Assembly: GCA_950097015.1 (NCBI GenBank)
Contig: CATNEN010000005.1
Span: 558,001-622,000 of the forward strand
DNA length: 64,000 bases
Reading direction: 5' to 3'
From: Macrostomum hystrix
Taxonomy: Eukaryota; Animalia; Platyhelminthes
Below the pieces are notes generated by a model. It was not told the origin of the DNA and searched no databases. It saw nothing but the letters and a program-made list of their open reading frames with translations. Below are positions 24,959 through 35,824 of this stretch, piece by piece. Both the position numbers and the translations under genes were made by a program. How positions within the stretch are numbered: position 1 is the stretch's first letter; every line of letters starts with the position of its first letter.

Positions 24959-25599
24959 AAGCTACTGCGATTGAGTCGCTGAATATGTAGAAGTGGCCCT
25001 TATAATTTACATATCCGCAATCATCTCCAAATCCAACTGCAAATCTTCCCAGTGCCTGAGAAGATTTGAAAAGGCAATGCAAATAATACAATGGTTCTTT
25101 TTCTTTGCAGAGCGCGGAACAATAGTTATGCATCTCTAATTGCCTTGTGAATTTTTCGATGATAATGCCTTCATTTGTAGACCAAGGCAAATTAAAAAAA
25201 CCCACAGAAACAGTAACTGTGCAAAGAACACTTCAAACGGAAAACTTTTCAGATGTTTAACGAGAGAAAAGGAATCGCTTAAGATGGCATTGGACTTCGG
25301 TAGCTGGGAAAGAAGACAGGCAAGACAGCTCGTTGCCATGGTAGCAATAGTGCAAACAAGTGTCTCCTGGCGGAAAAAAACTAACGCGGCATAATGCAAA
25401 GTTCTTAGTGTAGCTTTGAACAATTCTGAAACACAACTGCCGACTTACAGAAGTATTTTTCTTCAGGCGCCAAGGAACTTTGTAATTTTTCCCGAAAATA
25501 ACACACGATTTTTATATGAAGTTTGATATCAACCATAACTGATACACTATTATAAACATTAACACAAGCTCGACTAAGGACAGACTGGCTGATAAGGAC

Positions 25600-25924
25600 C
25601 GTATGACAGATAATGATAGGCTGATAGAGAAGGACAGGATGATAGAGAAGGACAGGCTGATAGAGAAGGACAGGCTGATAGAGAAGGACAGGATGATAGA
25701 GAAGGACAGGCTGATAGAGAAGGACAGGATGATAGAGAAGGACAGGCTGATAGAGAAGGACAGGATGATAGAGAAGGACAGGCTGATAGAGAAGGACAGG
25801 CTGATAGAGAAGGACAGGCTGATAGAGAAGGACAGGCTGATAGAGAAGGACAGGATGATAGAGAAGGACAGGCTGATAGAGAAGGACAGGCTGATAGAGA
25901 AGGACAGGCTGAGAGACAAGGACC
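25600..25924. repeat. 18-bp minisatellite (GATAGAGAAGGACAGGCT), left part
   Basis: The array resumes at 26758-26950 after the RT insert. Confidence 0.92.
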
Positions 25925-26745
25925 TTTGGCACATCCTTCACGTTGAACTGAGGAACTCTCCACTCTCCGCCAACCAGCACGCCTTTCGATCCGGACGCTC
26001 CATCGAAAGTGCTCTGCATGCCATTGTCGACAAGCTGGAGCGCGCCGTGCTTGGCACCGGTTTCGCTCTCTCGCTTTTCCTCGACATTGATGGTGCCTTC
26101 GACAATGTGCTCTTCGAAGCCTTTAGGCGAGCCCTGGAGCGCCGGGCTACGCACGAGCACCTCACCCGCTGGATCATGTATATGATCTCTCACCGAACTG
26201 CCACCTCGCACCTGCTTGGCCACTCCCGCTCTCTGAAAGTCCAGAAGTTTGGCCCGCAGGGTAGCGTTCTCAGTCCGATCCTTTGGAACCTTGTCATGGA
26301 CGAGCTGCTCTGCAGCCCCGACCCGGACCCGGTCCAGAAAATCGGCTATGCTGACGATGTCACCGCCACCGTGGCCGGACCGTCTCCCCCGGTCCTTAGA
26401 GACCTTTTGCAAGCTTTCATCCACCGTGCCGAACGCTGGGCTCATAGCTGCGGCCTCAAACTCTCTGAGTCCAAGACCGTTATGGACCATCATGTTCCCC
26501 AGCAAGCGAAACAGGAGGATTGAGCCTCTTCTTCTCTATGACAAACCCATCGCCATGGAGAAGCAAACCAGATGCTTAGGTGTCATCCTCGACCACAGGC
26601 TGAGCTGGACACCTCACGTCAAACTCAAAACTTTTAAGGCTCTCGCGACGCTTGCGCAGATCCGCAGAGCCTTCGGTGCTACCTGAGACCTTACCCACCC
26701 GCCGTCTCTGGTGGATTTACACTACCATTGTAAGACCGGCCATTT
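25925..26745 (+). mobile_element. Internal reverse-transcriptase fragment of a non-LTR retrotransposon (R1/LOA-like), decayed
   Basis: NQHAFRSGRSIESALH, FLDIDGAFDNV, GPQGSVLSPILWNLVMDELL, GYADD, then a frameshift near 26490 to CLGVILDHRLSWTPHV...FGAT*(TGA)...WIYTTIVRP. Confidence 0.9.
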
Positions 26746-26757
26746 AGCCTGTCATAG

Positions 26758-26950
26758 AGGTAAGGACAGGCTAATAGAGAAGGACAGACTGAGAGATAAG
26801 GACAGACTGAGAGATAAGGACAGGCTGATTAATAAGGATAGGCTGATAGAGAAGGACAGGCTAATAGATAAGGACAGGCTGAGAAATAAGGACAGGTTGA
26901 TAGATATTGACAGGCTGATAGATCAGTTTGATAGATAAGGACAGACTGGC
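26758..26950. repeat. 18-bp minisatellite, right part
   Basis: Same unit as 25600-25924. Confidence 0.88.
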
Positions 26951-27086
26951 AAATAAGGACTGAAAAATAAGGCTGGGAGACGGAAATTTCAGAATTCAAG
27001 AATGTAACAACGATAAATTCAAGCAGAGCACGATAAACCGGTTGATAAAAATACGTTTTTCAGAACATATCGGGCGAACGTAGAAA

Positions 27087-30000
27087 CTACTGTTTCTGAA
27101 GTCTATCGCAGGCCCTCAGGGCAGTAGCAGCGGCGGCTCGACCAAATCCGGCAGTTGGCACGTCGCGCTCGTTCCAGATTTCAACGCCGTCGCAGGAGCA
27201 GATTCGTTTGTCGTTGGCGAATAGGCCAGCGGAGCGGGCCACAACTCCAGCAGCCAGGATGGCCCCGTCTGGACCGTCGGCTGAATGAGACTCGCTGATG
27301 CTCAGGCAGCGGCCGACGAGATTCCAAAGCTGAAGTCGCTTAGAAATCAAGCTGAAGCGAAGCCGACCGTTGGGACCGGCTTGGGAGCGGCCGATGCGGC
27401 CAGTGGGATCGGACTGGGAAGTGGGAAATTTTTTTCGAGGCCGTTATTGCGACTGGATAATAAACTGCTTCTCGGCATTTCTCTAACAAGGCAAGAAGAC
27501 GCATTGGAGGTTTTTTAAATGAGAGAGGGGCGGAATGGAGGATGAAGGGCGGAGTGAAGGGCGGAATGGAGGAGGATGGAGGAAAGAGGGGCGGAATGGA
27601 AGATGATGGAGGCGACAGGGGCGGAATGGAAGATGATGGAGGATAGAGGGGCGGAATAGAGGATGATGGAGGAAAGAGGGGCGGAATGGAGGATGATGGA
27701 GGAAAGAGGGGCGGAATGGAGGATGACGGAGGATAGAGGGGGAATGGAGGATGATGGAGGAAAGAAGCGCGGAATGGAGGATGATGGAGGAAGAGAAGAA
27801 CTCAGGATGATGCATCTGATGGCTAATGAGGATGAAAATAAATGCAAATTTAGATATTACACGTGTACCTCACGTAGTAGCTACAACAAGAAAATAAGTG
27901 TTGAAATGTACACTTTATGTTTAGATTCAGGGCCATTAAGTCAAACAATATGCAAGCAGACTTGAAGAAGTGACTTCAATGTCACAATTCTTGCCAGTTT
28001 ATTTTCGCGTCAATTAAGAGACTTCGCACCGGAAACTCAACTTATTCACTGGAAATACTCAGAAATGCTCAGACATGCAACGGCCAGTTGAAAGCCAAGG
28101 AAAGGGATGGATTTGAAGGCCAGGCAAAGGGATGGATTTGAAGGCCAAGGAAAGGGATGGATTTGAAGGCCAGGCAAAGGGATGGATTTGAAGGCCAAGG
28201 AAAGGGATGGATTTGAAGGCCAAGGAAAGGGATGGATTTGAAGGCCAAGGAAAGGGATGGATTTGAAGGCCAAGGAAAGGGATGGATTTAAAAGCCAAGG
28301 AAAGGGATGGATTTGAAGGCCAAGGAAATGGATGGATTTAAAAGCCAAGGAAAGGGATGGATTTGAAGGCCAAGGAAAGGGATGGATTTGAAGGCCAAGG
28401 AAAGGGATGGATTTAAAAGCCAAGGAAAGGGATAGATTTGAAGGCCAAAATAAGATGTGGATTTGAAGGCTAAGGAATGGGGTGGGTTTGAAGGTCAAGG
28501 AAATGGTTGGGCTTGAGGGCCAAAATAAGATGTGGATTTGAAGGTCAAAGAAATGGGTGGGCTTAAAGGCCATAGAAAGGGGTGGGTTTGAAGGTCAAGG
28601 AAAGGGGTGGGTTTGAAGGTCAAGGAAAGGGGTGGGCTTGAAGGTCAAGGAAAGGGGTGGGCTTGAAGGTCAAGGAAAGGGGTGTGTTTGAAGGCTGCAG
28701 AGCGACAACAAATAGCAGTTGAATATAAAAATCAATAGTCAGTTCAAATGGTTCCTGAAGTGTTAGGAAATATTCTATAGACACGGAAGCGGTGATTCAA
28801 TCGCAGATGACAGTGTAGCTTAGCCAGGGTGCCTAGAGCACCGTGCGGCCTTGGCCTACAGTAGAACACGCGAGCCACGCGTGAATGCAGCAAGGCCATA
28901 GCGCACATGTGGCAAGGCTCGTCTGTGACGTAGGCATGCAGCCCTGTGCAGAGATAGTCGCTACGACCGCCCAGGCGTTGAACGGCCCGCAGCGTCGAGT
29001 GCCAAGTAGGACAGTGTCGTCGTTCATCGGCGCATTCGACTAGAATAGCATCGGAGCGCGGATCCACAATTAGACAGGCCGACGAAGGTATTGGAGGAGT
29101 TGAAGCTAATGAAGCAGCTGGGACGCAAGTAGTTTTATTGGACGTGTCACAAGTAACGTTGTTTGAAACACCAGAAGTAACGGTACTAGAAGCGCCAGAA
29201 GAAACGTCATTAGAAACGACAGAAGTAACGGGATTACAGATGCCAGAAGTAACGATATTAGTAACGCCAGAAGTAACGTTACTACAGGCTTCAGAAGTAA
29301 CGGTATAACAGGCTTCAGAAGTAACGGTATTACAGGCTTCAGAAGTAACGGTATTACAGGCTTCAGAAATAACGGTATAAGAAACGTGAGACGCAACGGT
29401 ATTGGAGACATTGCTAGACGCAGTAGACACTGCAGAAGTAACTTCAGTGCAAGCGCTGAACAAGCTTGAAGTTGCAGCAGCAGCAAAATGTCCAAGAGAC
29501 AAAGCCCTTCGCATATGCCTCAAACAGGCAGCAGTTTCTGCTTCAGTGAAGCAATCTAAAGACAATTCCGCTTCTAAAGCTTTATCGGCGTGAAAGGAGC
29601 AGGGCCAGTGGGCCGAAGCCAGATCCCATTGTCGGCGGGTACGCGGTGAAACGCCAGGCACCCTAGTGATCTCTATCGCATCCAATTTGCCTAGCCAAGT
29701 AGAAGCAAACTCATTGGAAGCTTTCAATCGTGACAGTTCGCTAGCGTGACAAAGAAGTATTCGATAGGACCGGCCATGGTCAACTCGGAGGAGGTCAGCG
29801 GAGGCGACGGGAGCGGCGCGTTTCAAATGACGCAGATCCTGAGCGGGAAATTTTTCGCTCAAAAATTTTTGCAATCCGCTCAGGGGCCGAAGATCGCCGG
29901 TTAATAAGCCAGATGCGATGGGCACGAGGTGCGGATTTAGGCAGGTCGCCTCGTCAGGCAGTATGCTGGTTAGGCCATAGACTATTGTTGCGGCGATGCT

Positions 30001-33000
30001 GCCGCTCCGTGGCTGCTGCTGCTGCTGCTGTTATTGTTATTGTTCGTTGATTACTTATTATACTCGGAAAGTTTTATAATTCCTTCAGGAAATTTCTTAT
30101 ATCTGCTTATAGAGGGGAGAAAAGGGGCAGGAAGGAAATGGATTAAGAAGCTGATATCTTGGATTAATGGATGGCATGAGTAGATTATTGAAGGGAAGTG
30201 GTGCCCGTATAAAACGAAATGGTCACAAAAAAGGGCTGTGACCGTTCCACTTGTGACCGTGGTCCGTAACGCTGGTGACCGTTTAATGTGACCGTTCATG
30301 TTCATGAAGATAGGGTCACCAAGTTACCGTTCACTGTGACCATACTTTGTGACCGATTGCAGGGTCACCATGTGACCGTTCACTGTGACCATATTTTGTG
30401 ACCGTTATGTTCAGGGTCACCATGTGACCGTTCACTGTGACCATATTTTGTGTGACCATTCTGTGTGTCCGTTGTGTGACTGGCAGTAGCACCAGAAAAT
30501 AGTAACAAGAAAAAAATCTATACATCTGAATATACTTAATATTTATTATGAATTATATCAAATGTAAAATGCCATGACTTTCTTTATATTGATAAAAAGG
30601 CAGTAGTGGCAGTAGCAAAAATAGCCAGTAAAATATAGCTAGTAAAAAGTCGCTGTATTTGTATGGGCAAACTGCCCGCGCATCAAATGCCATAACTTTT
30701 TATATGTAAATATTGGTATCGATGGTTATAAGCAATTTTAGGAAACATATAAAGGTACAAGGTGTAATAAGTTACTGGCACTACCTGCTTTCCAGCCAGC
30801 TTTCACTGGACACTTTGCATCACTTGTCTTGCTATGTTCAGCAACTATTGTTGGCCGTGTCATGCTTCATCATTTTCTGCACACCAAAGGCTGCGGCTTC
30901 GTCGTCGTCGCCACTGTCGTCGTCCTCCTTGGCGTCAACGTCACCGCCGTCAAGGTCAAGTTCCTTGGCGCTGTCAAGGTCACCGCCGCCTTCTTCATCA
31001 CCGGCTTCCTTCCTTCCGCCCTTGTTCCTTCCAGTGCGACCGCTGGGTGTCACTTTGAGTGGTGACTTCAATTTTCGGGCAGCACAGAAGGCAGTGCGCT
31101 TGAAAATCGTGGCATAGGACTTCTTCGGAAATTCCTCAGGGAACTTTAGCCCACTTATAAAAGCCTTAATGGCGAACTTTTTCTTCTTAGATACTTCCGG
31201 CTTCGGCGGCGGACCATCCTTTTTTGTCTTGCGGCCGGTGTAGGAACGGGTCGTTAGCTCCTCGGTTGAGAAGACTGTTCGGTACAGGGTCCGGAGCATT
31301 TTATCGCCGTCTGTACTGCTGAAACCTCCCTTCACATAGACAGACACCGCACGCTTGATCTGTTCATAGTCGGCGGCCGACACAACGACGTCGGGGCAGC
31401 GCGCTGTCAAGGCCCTTGTCTCGGGTGCACGCTTCTGCTGCTTTGCTGACGCCAATTGGATCTGGGCGCGAAGTTCTCTATCGTCCAGCAACGGAACAGA
31501 CGCCGCGGCAGAGACGCCGCCAACAGATGCCGCGGCAGAAGCGCCGCCAGCAGTACTGCTGCCTAGCACGTCAGTACTGTCTTCAACCGTGACATCCATC
31601 CCACTGATGCCGGTAGAAATTGCGCGTTGTAGTACCTCAATGGCAGAAAACACGGCGTCCTGCAGCACCACGGTGTACTTAGCAACAGCACCGCCTTCTT
31701 CCGACCTCGAATGTTCGACCCCGCTCTGGGCATGCTCCAGCTCACACTGCAGCTCACGGATTCTGATGACGGCGGCTTCCCATTTTTCCTTATACGCAGT
31801 CTGCTCATATTCAGCATCGTCAAGCCGGTGGTTCAATTCTTCGATCTGCCGTCCCTGGCTTTCTCTGTAGCCGTCGGCAGTCTGCTGCGCTAACTCTGCT
31901 GCTGTCCGGAGGTTCAAAACCTCCTGCCGGAGCGCCTGGCAGGTGGTGCAGCTGTTAGGAAGGTTGATACCTGCCGGCCTCTGCACCGCTTGACAGGCAC
32001 TGGCACCAGCCTCTGCAGCCGCCTTTGTGCGGTATGGCCCTTTGCATACACGCACGCGGTAGGCCTTGCCTACGGTGAACGGTCACATGGTGACCCTGAA
32101 CATAACGGTCACAAAATACGGTCACAGTGAACGGTCACATGGTGACCCTGAACATAACGGTCACAAAGTACGGTCACAGTGAACGGTCACATGGTGACCC
32201 TGAACATAACGGTCACAAAATACGGTCACAATGAACGGTCACATGGTGACCCGGACAAATGGTCACATTTTATGGACACCAAGTGGTAACATGAGACCAT
32301 GGCGGTCACAAAACGTGGTCACTAACGGTAACATGTGACCATGACAGTCACAACAACGGTCACAGCCCCTTTTTTGTGACCATTCCGTTTTATACGGGGT
32401 GGATTAATGGACGGAACTAGTGTATTAATAGATGACACAAGTGTATTAATGGATGGAAGAGGCAGATTATTGAATGGAAGGGGCGGATTAATGGAGGTAA
32501 GTAGCGGATTAATGGAGGTAAGTAGCGGATTAATGGAGGTAAGTAGCGGATTAATGGAGGTAAGGAGAGGATTAAAGGAGGTAAGGAGCGGATAAATGGA
32601 GGTAAGGAGCGGATAAATGGAGGTAAGGAGCGGATTAAAGGAGGTAAGGAGCAGAATAATGGAGGTAAGGGGCGGATTAAGGGAGGTAAGGAGCAGAATA
32701 ATGGAGGGCAGGGCGGATTAAAGGAGGTAAGGGGGCGGATAGATGGAGGTAATGAGCAGATTAAGGGAGGGAAGGGCGGATTAAAGGAGGTGGGTAGCGG
32801 ATTAATTTAGGTAAAGAGCGGATAATTGGAGGGAAGGGGCGGATTTATGGATGGAAGGAGCGGATTAATCGAGGAACGGGCGGATTAATGGAGTCAAGGA
32901 GCGGACGTAGACTTACATACAAATGATTAGAAAAGTGAGTAGGCTATATATTATTACTAAAAAAGATCTAGCAAGGCTTAATACATACCTGACTATCGTG

Positions 33001-33638
33001 GGCATTTTGCCTATCTGATCTGTCGTCGTACAGGGGACCGCAGGATTCCAGACCACCCGACAGATCGCCGCCCTGACGCATTTCGACGCTGTACCAGCCG
33101 CCAGCTTCGAGACCGTCGACAGTACCGTCGAATAGGCACTGACTGTCGTCGGGTTGCAGTATTCTAACAACGCCTCTGATTGCTGCTGCCTGCGATTTCC
33201 GGTTCATACTACTGCTGCTACTGCTACTAGTAGTAGTGTGCTGAGAATCTAGCTGGGCTACACCTGCGGCGAAGTCTTGGCCGGACATGGCCGAACTTGC
33301 CGTGCCAACACCCTGCAGAACTGCCCGACAGCCAGTCGATTCCAGCAGTTCCAGGACCGAGTCGACGTGAAGCGAAGTTTTTAAAAGTACACGCTGCCGG
33401 CTCAGATCGATGCGAATGTCGGCCAACTGGCCGGCTGGCTGGTGGCTGGCTAAAACGCGACTGATGGCATCCGCACACGACTGACAGGTCATGTTGACTG
33501 CGAACTGCAGCTGCGCAAATGAGCGATGGATCGATGGTCAGACGGACAGGTACGTTGACAACACGCAGACAGTCAGACAGTAAATTAGACATCCAGGACA
33601 GACAGACAGACCGACATCCAGTACAGACAGACATCCAG

Positions 33639-33670
<32 letters not shown>

Positions 33671-33692
33671 TCCAGGACAGACAGACATCCAG

Positions 33693-33724
<32 letters not shown>

Positions 33725-34046
33725 TCTAGGACAGACAGACATCCAGGACAGACAGACATCCAGTACAGACAGATAGACAGACCGACAGGCAGAAAGACAG
33801 ACAGGCAGACAGGCAGGCAGACAGACAGACAGGCAGACAGACAGACAGGCAGACAGACAGACAGGCAGACAGACAGGCAGACAGACAGGCAGACAGACAG
33901 ACAGACAGGTAGACAGACATGCAAGTCAGATAAGCTAGTCAAATAATTTATCAAATCGAAATCAACTGAAAGGTAATAAAATTGCTCACCTCTTTCATAG
34001 CGGGCTCTAGTTCTGATAATGCCTGCTGTTCCAGTTTGTCGGCCAT
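27087..34046 (-). CDS. CCS: Copper chaperone for superoxide dismutase, 3 exons (34046-33990, 33510-32989, 27413-27087)
   Basis: LQFAVNMTCQSC (HMA MxCxxC); SOD-like domain GVVRILQ...FDGTVDGLE...GDLSGGLESCG; domain III VARSAGLFANDKRICSCDGVEIWNER (CxC). All junctions are phase-0 GT-AG. Confidence 0.93.
27525..27810. repeat. 30-bp purine-rich minisatellite in CCS intron 2
   Basis: GGGGCGGAATGGAGGATGATGGAGGAAAGA units. Confidence 0.85.
28090..28695. repeat. 25-bp minisatellite in CCS intron 2
   Basis: AAGGCCAAGGAAAGGGATGGATTTG units. Confidence 0.9.
28744..30027 (-). CDS. ADAT3: tRNA-specific adenosine-34 deaminase non-catalytic subunit, single exon nested in CCS intron 2
   Basis: DLRHLKR, HWPCSFH, HST (no catalytic Glu), YLCTGLHAYVTDEPCHMCAMALLHSRVARVFY, GALG...LH...LNHRF. 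The frame is open from TAACAG|30027 and has no ATG before the N-terminal domain. Confidence 0.92.
   Translation of the reverse strand, partial: QQQQQPRSGSIAATIVYGLTSILPDEATCLNPHLVPIASGLLTGDLRPLSGLQKFLSEKFPAQDLRHLKRAAPVASADLLRVDHGRSYRILLCHASELSRLKASNEFASTWLGKLDAIEITRVPGVSPRTRRQWDLASAHWPCSFHADKALEAELSLDCFTEAETAACLRHMRRALSLGHFAAAATSSLFSACTEVTSAVSTASSNVSNTVASHVSYTVISEACNTVTSEACNTVTSEACYTVTSEACSNVTSGVTNIVTSGICNPVTSVVSNDVSSGASSTVTSGVSNNVTCDTSNKTTCVPAASLASTPPIPSSACLIVDPRSDAILVECADERRHCPTWHSTLRAVQRLGGRSDYLCTGLHAYVTDEPCHMCAMALLHSRVARVFYCRPRPHGALGTLAKLHCHLRLNHRFRVYRIFPNTSGTI
30204..32398. mobile_element. 2195-bp CACTA/EnSpm(CMC)-type non-autonomous DNA transposon
   Basis: TIR CCCGTATAAAACG(A/G)AATGGTCACAAAAAAGGGCTGTGACCGTT at both ends; GTG duplicated at 30201-30203 and 32399-32401; inverted subterminal arrays of GTGACC motifs (52-bp unit). 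Confidence 0.88.
30838..32055 (-). CDS. Transposon-borne coiled-coil + BEN-like domain protein with acidic tail (5' end probably truncated)
   Basis: 405-aa open frame. DKMLRTLYRTVFSTEELTTRSYTGRKTKKDGPPPKPEVSKKKKFAIKAFI fits the BEN pattern (L..lF..eel...s.tG......kp.ld..k..aI). Heptad-rich segment; no DDE motifs; no ATG start. Confidence 0.7.
   Translation of the reverse strand: MRVCKGPYRTKAAAEAGASACQAVQRPAGINLPNSCTTCQALRQEVLNLRTAAELAQQTADGYRESQGRQIEELNHRLDDAEYEQTAYKEKWEAAVIRIRELQCELEHAQSGVEHSRSEEGGAVAKYTVVLQDAVFSAIEVLQRAISTGISGMDVTVEDSTDVLGSSTAGGASAAASVGGVSAAASVPLLDDRELRAQIQLASAKQQKRAPETRALTARCPDVVVSAADYEQIKRAVSVYVKGGFSSTDGDKMLRTLYRTVFSTEELTTRSYTGRKTKKDGPPPKPEVSKKKKFAIKAFISGLKFPEEFPKKSYATIFKRTAFCAARKLKSPLKVTPSGRTGRNKGGRKEAGDEEGGGDLDSAKELDLDGGDVDAKEDDDSGDDDEAAAFGVQKMMKHDTANNSC
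32470..32905. repeat. ~21-bp minisatellite (GCGGATTAATGGAGGTAAG..)
   Basis: Visible units; a degenerate version also lies left of the transposon (30110-30200). Confidence 0.85.
33575..33920. repeat. (CAGA)n-based microsatellite in CCS intron 1
   Basis: Visible. Confidence 0.9.
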
Positions 34047-34399
34047 GATTTGCAACTGAAAATTATTTTAACTGCTTTATTATTGTTCAACCTATTATTT
34101 TGGAATAACAGACAAAAACATAAATTACAGAAAAAAGTTATCAAGAATATCAATAATTTTTTTTAATACAAAAGACAACATCGTGAATTTTTATATTTGC
34201 ATCACAAGGCGAAAGAAATTTAAAATACTTGTATTGTAGTAAAGAAAATCTAAAGATGCAAAAACATCTGTCTTAAAAGTTTCGATCGCTAAAATTTGTA
34301 TAAATTACTAAATATACGAGTACTTTACGAGGACACGCTAAGATTCTATGTCACTAGAATAAGGGCCATAGAATTAAACATTAAAGTGAAGGAGGAGAG

Positions 34400-34610
34400 A
34401 GGGAAGAGATAAGATGGAGGAAAGATGAGAAAGGGAGAGATGAGACAGGGGAGAGATGAGACAGGAAAAGATAAGAAAGGAGAGAGATGAGACAGGGGAG
34501 AGATAAGCTAGGGAGAGATAATACAGGGAGAGATTAGACAGGAGACAGATGAGACAGAGGAGAGATGAGACAGGGAGAGATGGGACCGGGGAGATGAGGC
34601 AGGAGGGATG
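34400..34610. repeat. Degenerate 16-bp satellite (GAGAGATGAGACAGGG)
   Basis: Reverse complement of the GABBR1 intron 4 unit. Confidence 0.75.
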
Positions 34611-34676
34611 AGTAGAGTATGTGTCAAAATGGCGATGCTTGGGCCGTAAGTTGCCAACCCCTAGACTAGATTGTTA

Positions 34677-35693
34677 TTAGTGATAGAATCGCAAAGCGTT
34701 CAGGCCGCAATAGACGCGCCTTTTAAGATCATCCGGCAGCGACTCCAGGACAGATTTCAACACGCGTTCCGGATGATGCCTACGGCTGAAGTGGACGAAG
34801 AACAGTTGGCCGACTTTGTCGAATAGTCCAGGACGAGATGAAAAATCGTGCAGATGGCAGTGTCCGTATTTTTCTGCTAAATCTGTGAGGCCGTCAACGT
34901 AGGTCAATTCACAAATGAGCAGTTTGACTTTGAGCAGGTCGGGTACCGTCGGACAAGCCAAGACACTGAATCTGGTGTCTCCAGTATAGCCCAAAGTAGC
35001 CTCCCAGTGCGATTCTCGCAACTGCTGTCCATTGCGAGCTAATTCCGCCAACTCTGGCCCGGGTAAGTTAGCAAACTGTGGCAACAATTGACTACGCCTA
35101 CTGTACAGCAAGCAGCCAATGCTTGGCACTCGATGATCAGTAGCAAACGGTAAAATGCGCAAGTTTTTTGACAATTCGATGTCTTCGCCAGGCTTTGCTG
35201 GAAGAATTTTTCCGTAGAAAAAATCGGCCTTAACTTCAGCGTCTGGCTTTGCACTTTTTTTATTATTCGTTTTATTCTTGGATCCTGCGGTAGCCGATGA
35301 TTCTTCCTCGAGCTCGGCGTCGTTAGCGTCGTCGCCGTGAACAGTGCCAAATAAGCGTACGATATTGGAAAGTGGTTCAACTAGATGTTCTGGAACGTAA
35401 TAAACAGCGGGAGGCAGGCCAAACAGTTGACGCCGACGCATGTGCTGATGAATAGCTCCGCAGTGATCAACGTGACCGTGGCTGACAAAGACCACATCAG
35501 CGCTGATGGCCTGGTGCGGACAGGCGCCAATGTCTAAGGCCAGACGAAAGCCCTGGCCGTGTACAACGATGCAAGTCTCAAAGCCGGACACTGACCAATC
35601 GAAGACGCGCAGTTTGTCGCGCGGATTGTCAACAAAAAATTCGCTCCAAGACGGAGCGCCGGCATTGGCGGGCAAATCTTCAGCGTGCGACAT
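34677..35693 (-). CDS. Short-form TM-type tRNase Z (plant TRZ1-like metallo-beta-lactamase), paralog B, intronless
   Basis: WSVSGFETC, LDIGACP, SHGHVDH (HxHxDH), TDHRVPS, short flexible arm QLLPQFANLPGPEL, YTGDT, CELTYVD, YGHCH, HFSRRH; ATG at 35693. Confidence 0.88.
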   Translation of the reverse strand: MSHAEDLPANAGAPSWSEFFVDNPRDKLRVFDWSVSGFETCIVVHGQGFRLALDIGACPHQAISADVVFVSHGHVDHCGAIHQHMRRRQLFGLPPAVYYVPEHLVEPLSNIVRLFGTVHGDDANDAELEEESSATAGSKNKTNNKKSAKPDAEVKADFFYGKILPAKPGEDIELSKNLRILPFATDHRVPSIGCLLYSRRSQLLPQFANLPGPELAELARNGQQLRESHWEATLGYTGDTRFSVLACPTVPDLLKVKLLICELTYVDGLTDLAEKYGHCHLHDFSSRPGLFDKVGQLFFVHFSRRHHPERVLKSVLESLPDDLKRRVYCGLNALRFYH

Positions 35694-35824
35694 GCTTTCT
35701 TTGTTGTTACTGATTATCCCCTCTGTGTTAGCTGCAATTTTGTTTTGTCTGTTTAACGTCAACAAATAATGCTTGTCATTTACTTTAACTAGGCTTTTGA
35801 CTCTTTTACCAAAACTCTGCTACA

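Noticed and set aside
24960-25430. Overlapping 84-128 aa ORFs on both strands
   Set aside because: No recognisable motif or splice structure; cannot support a gene call
25405-26505. 366-aa minus-strand ORF
   Set aside because: Antisense shadow of the RT fragment plus minisatellite
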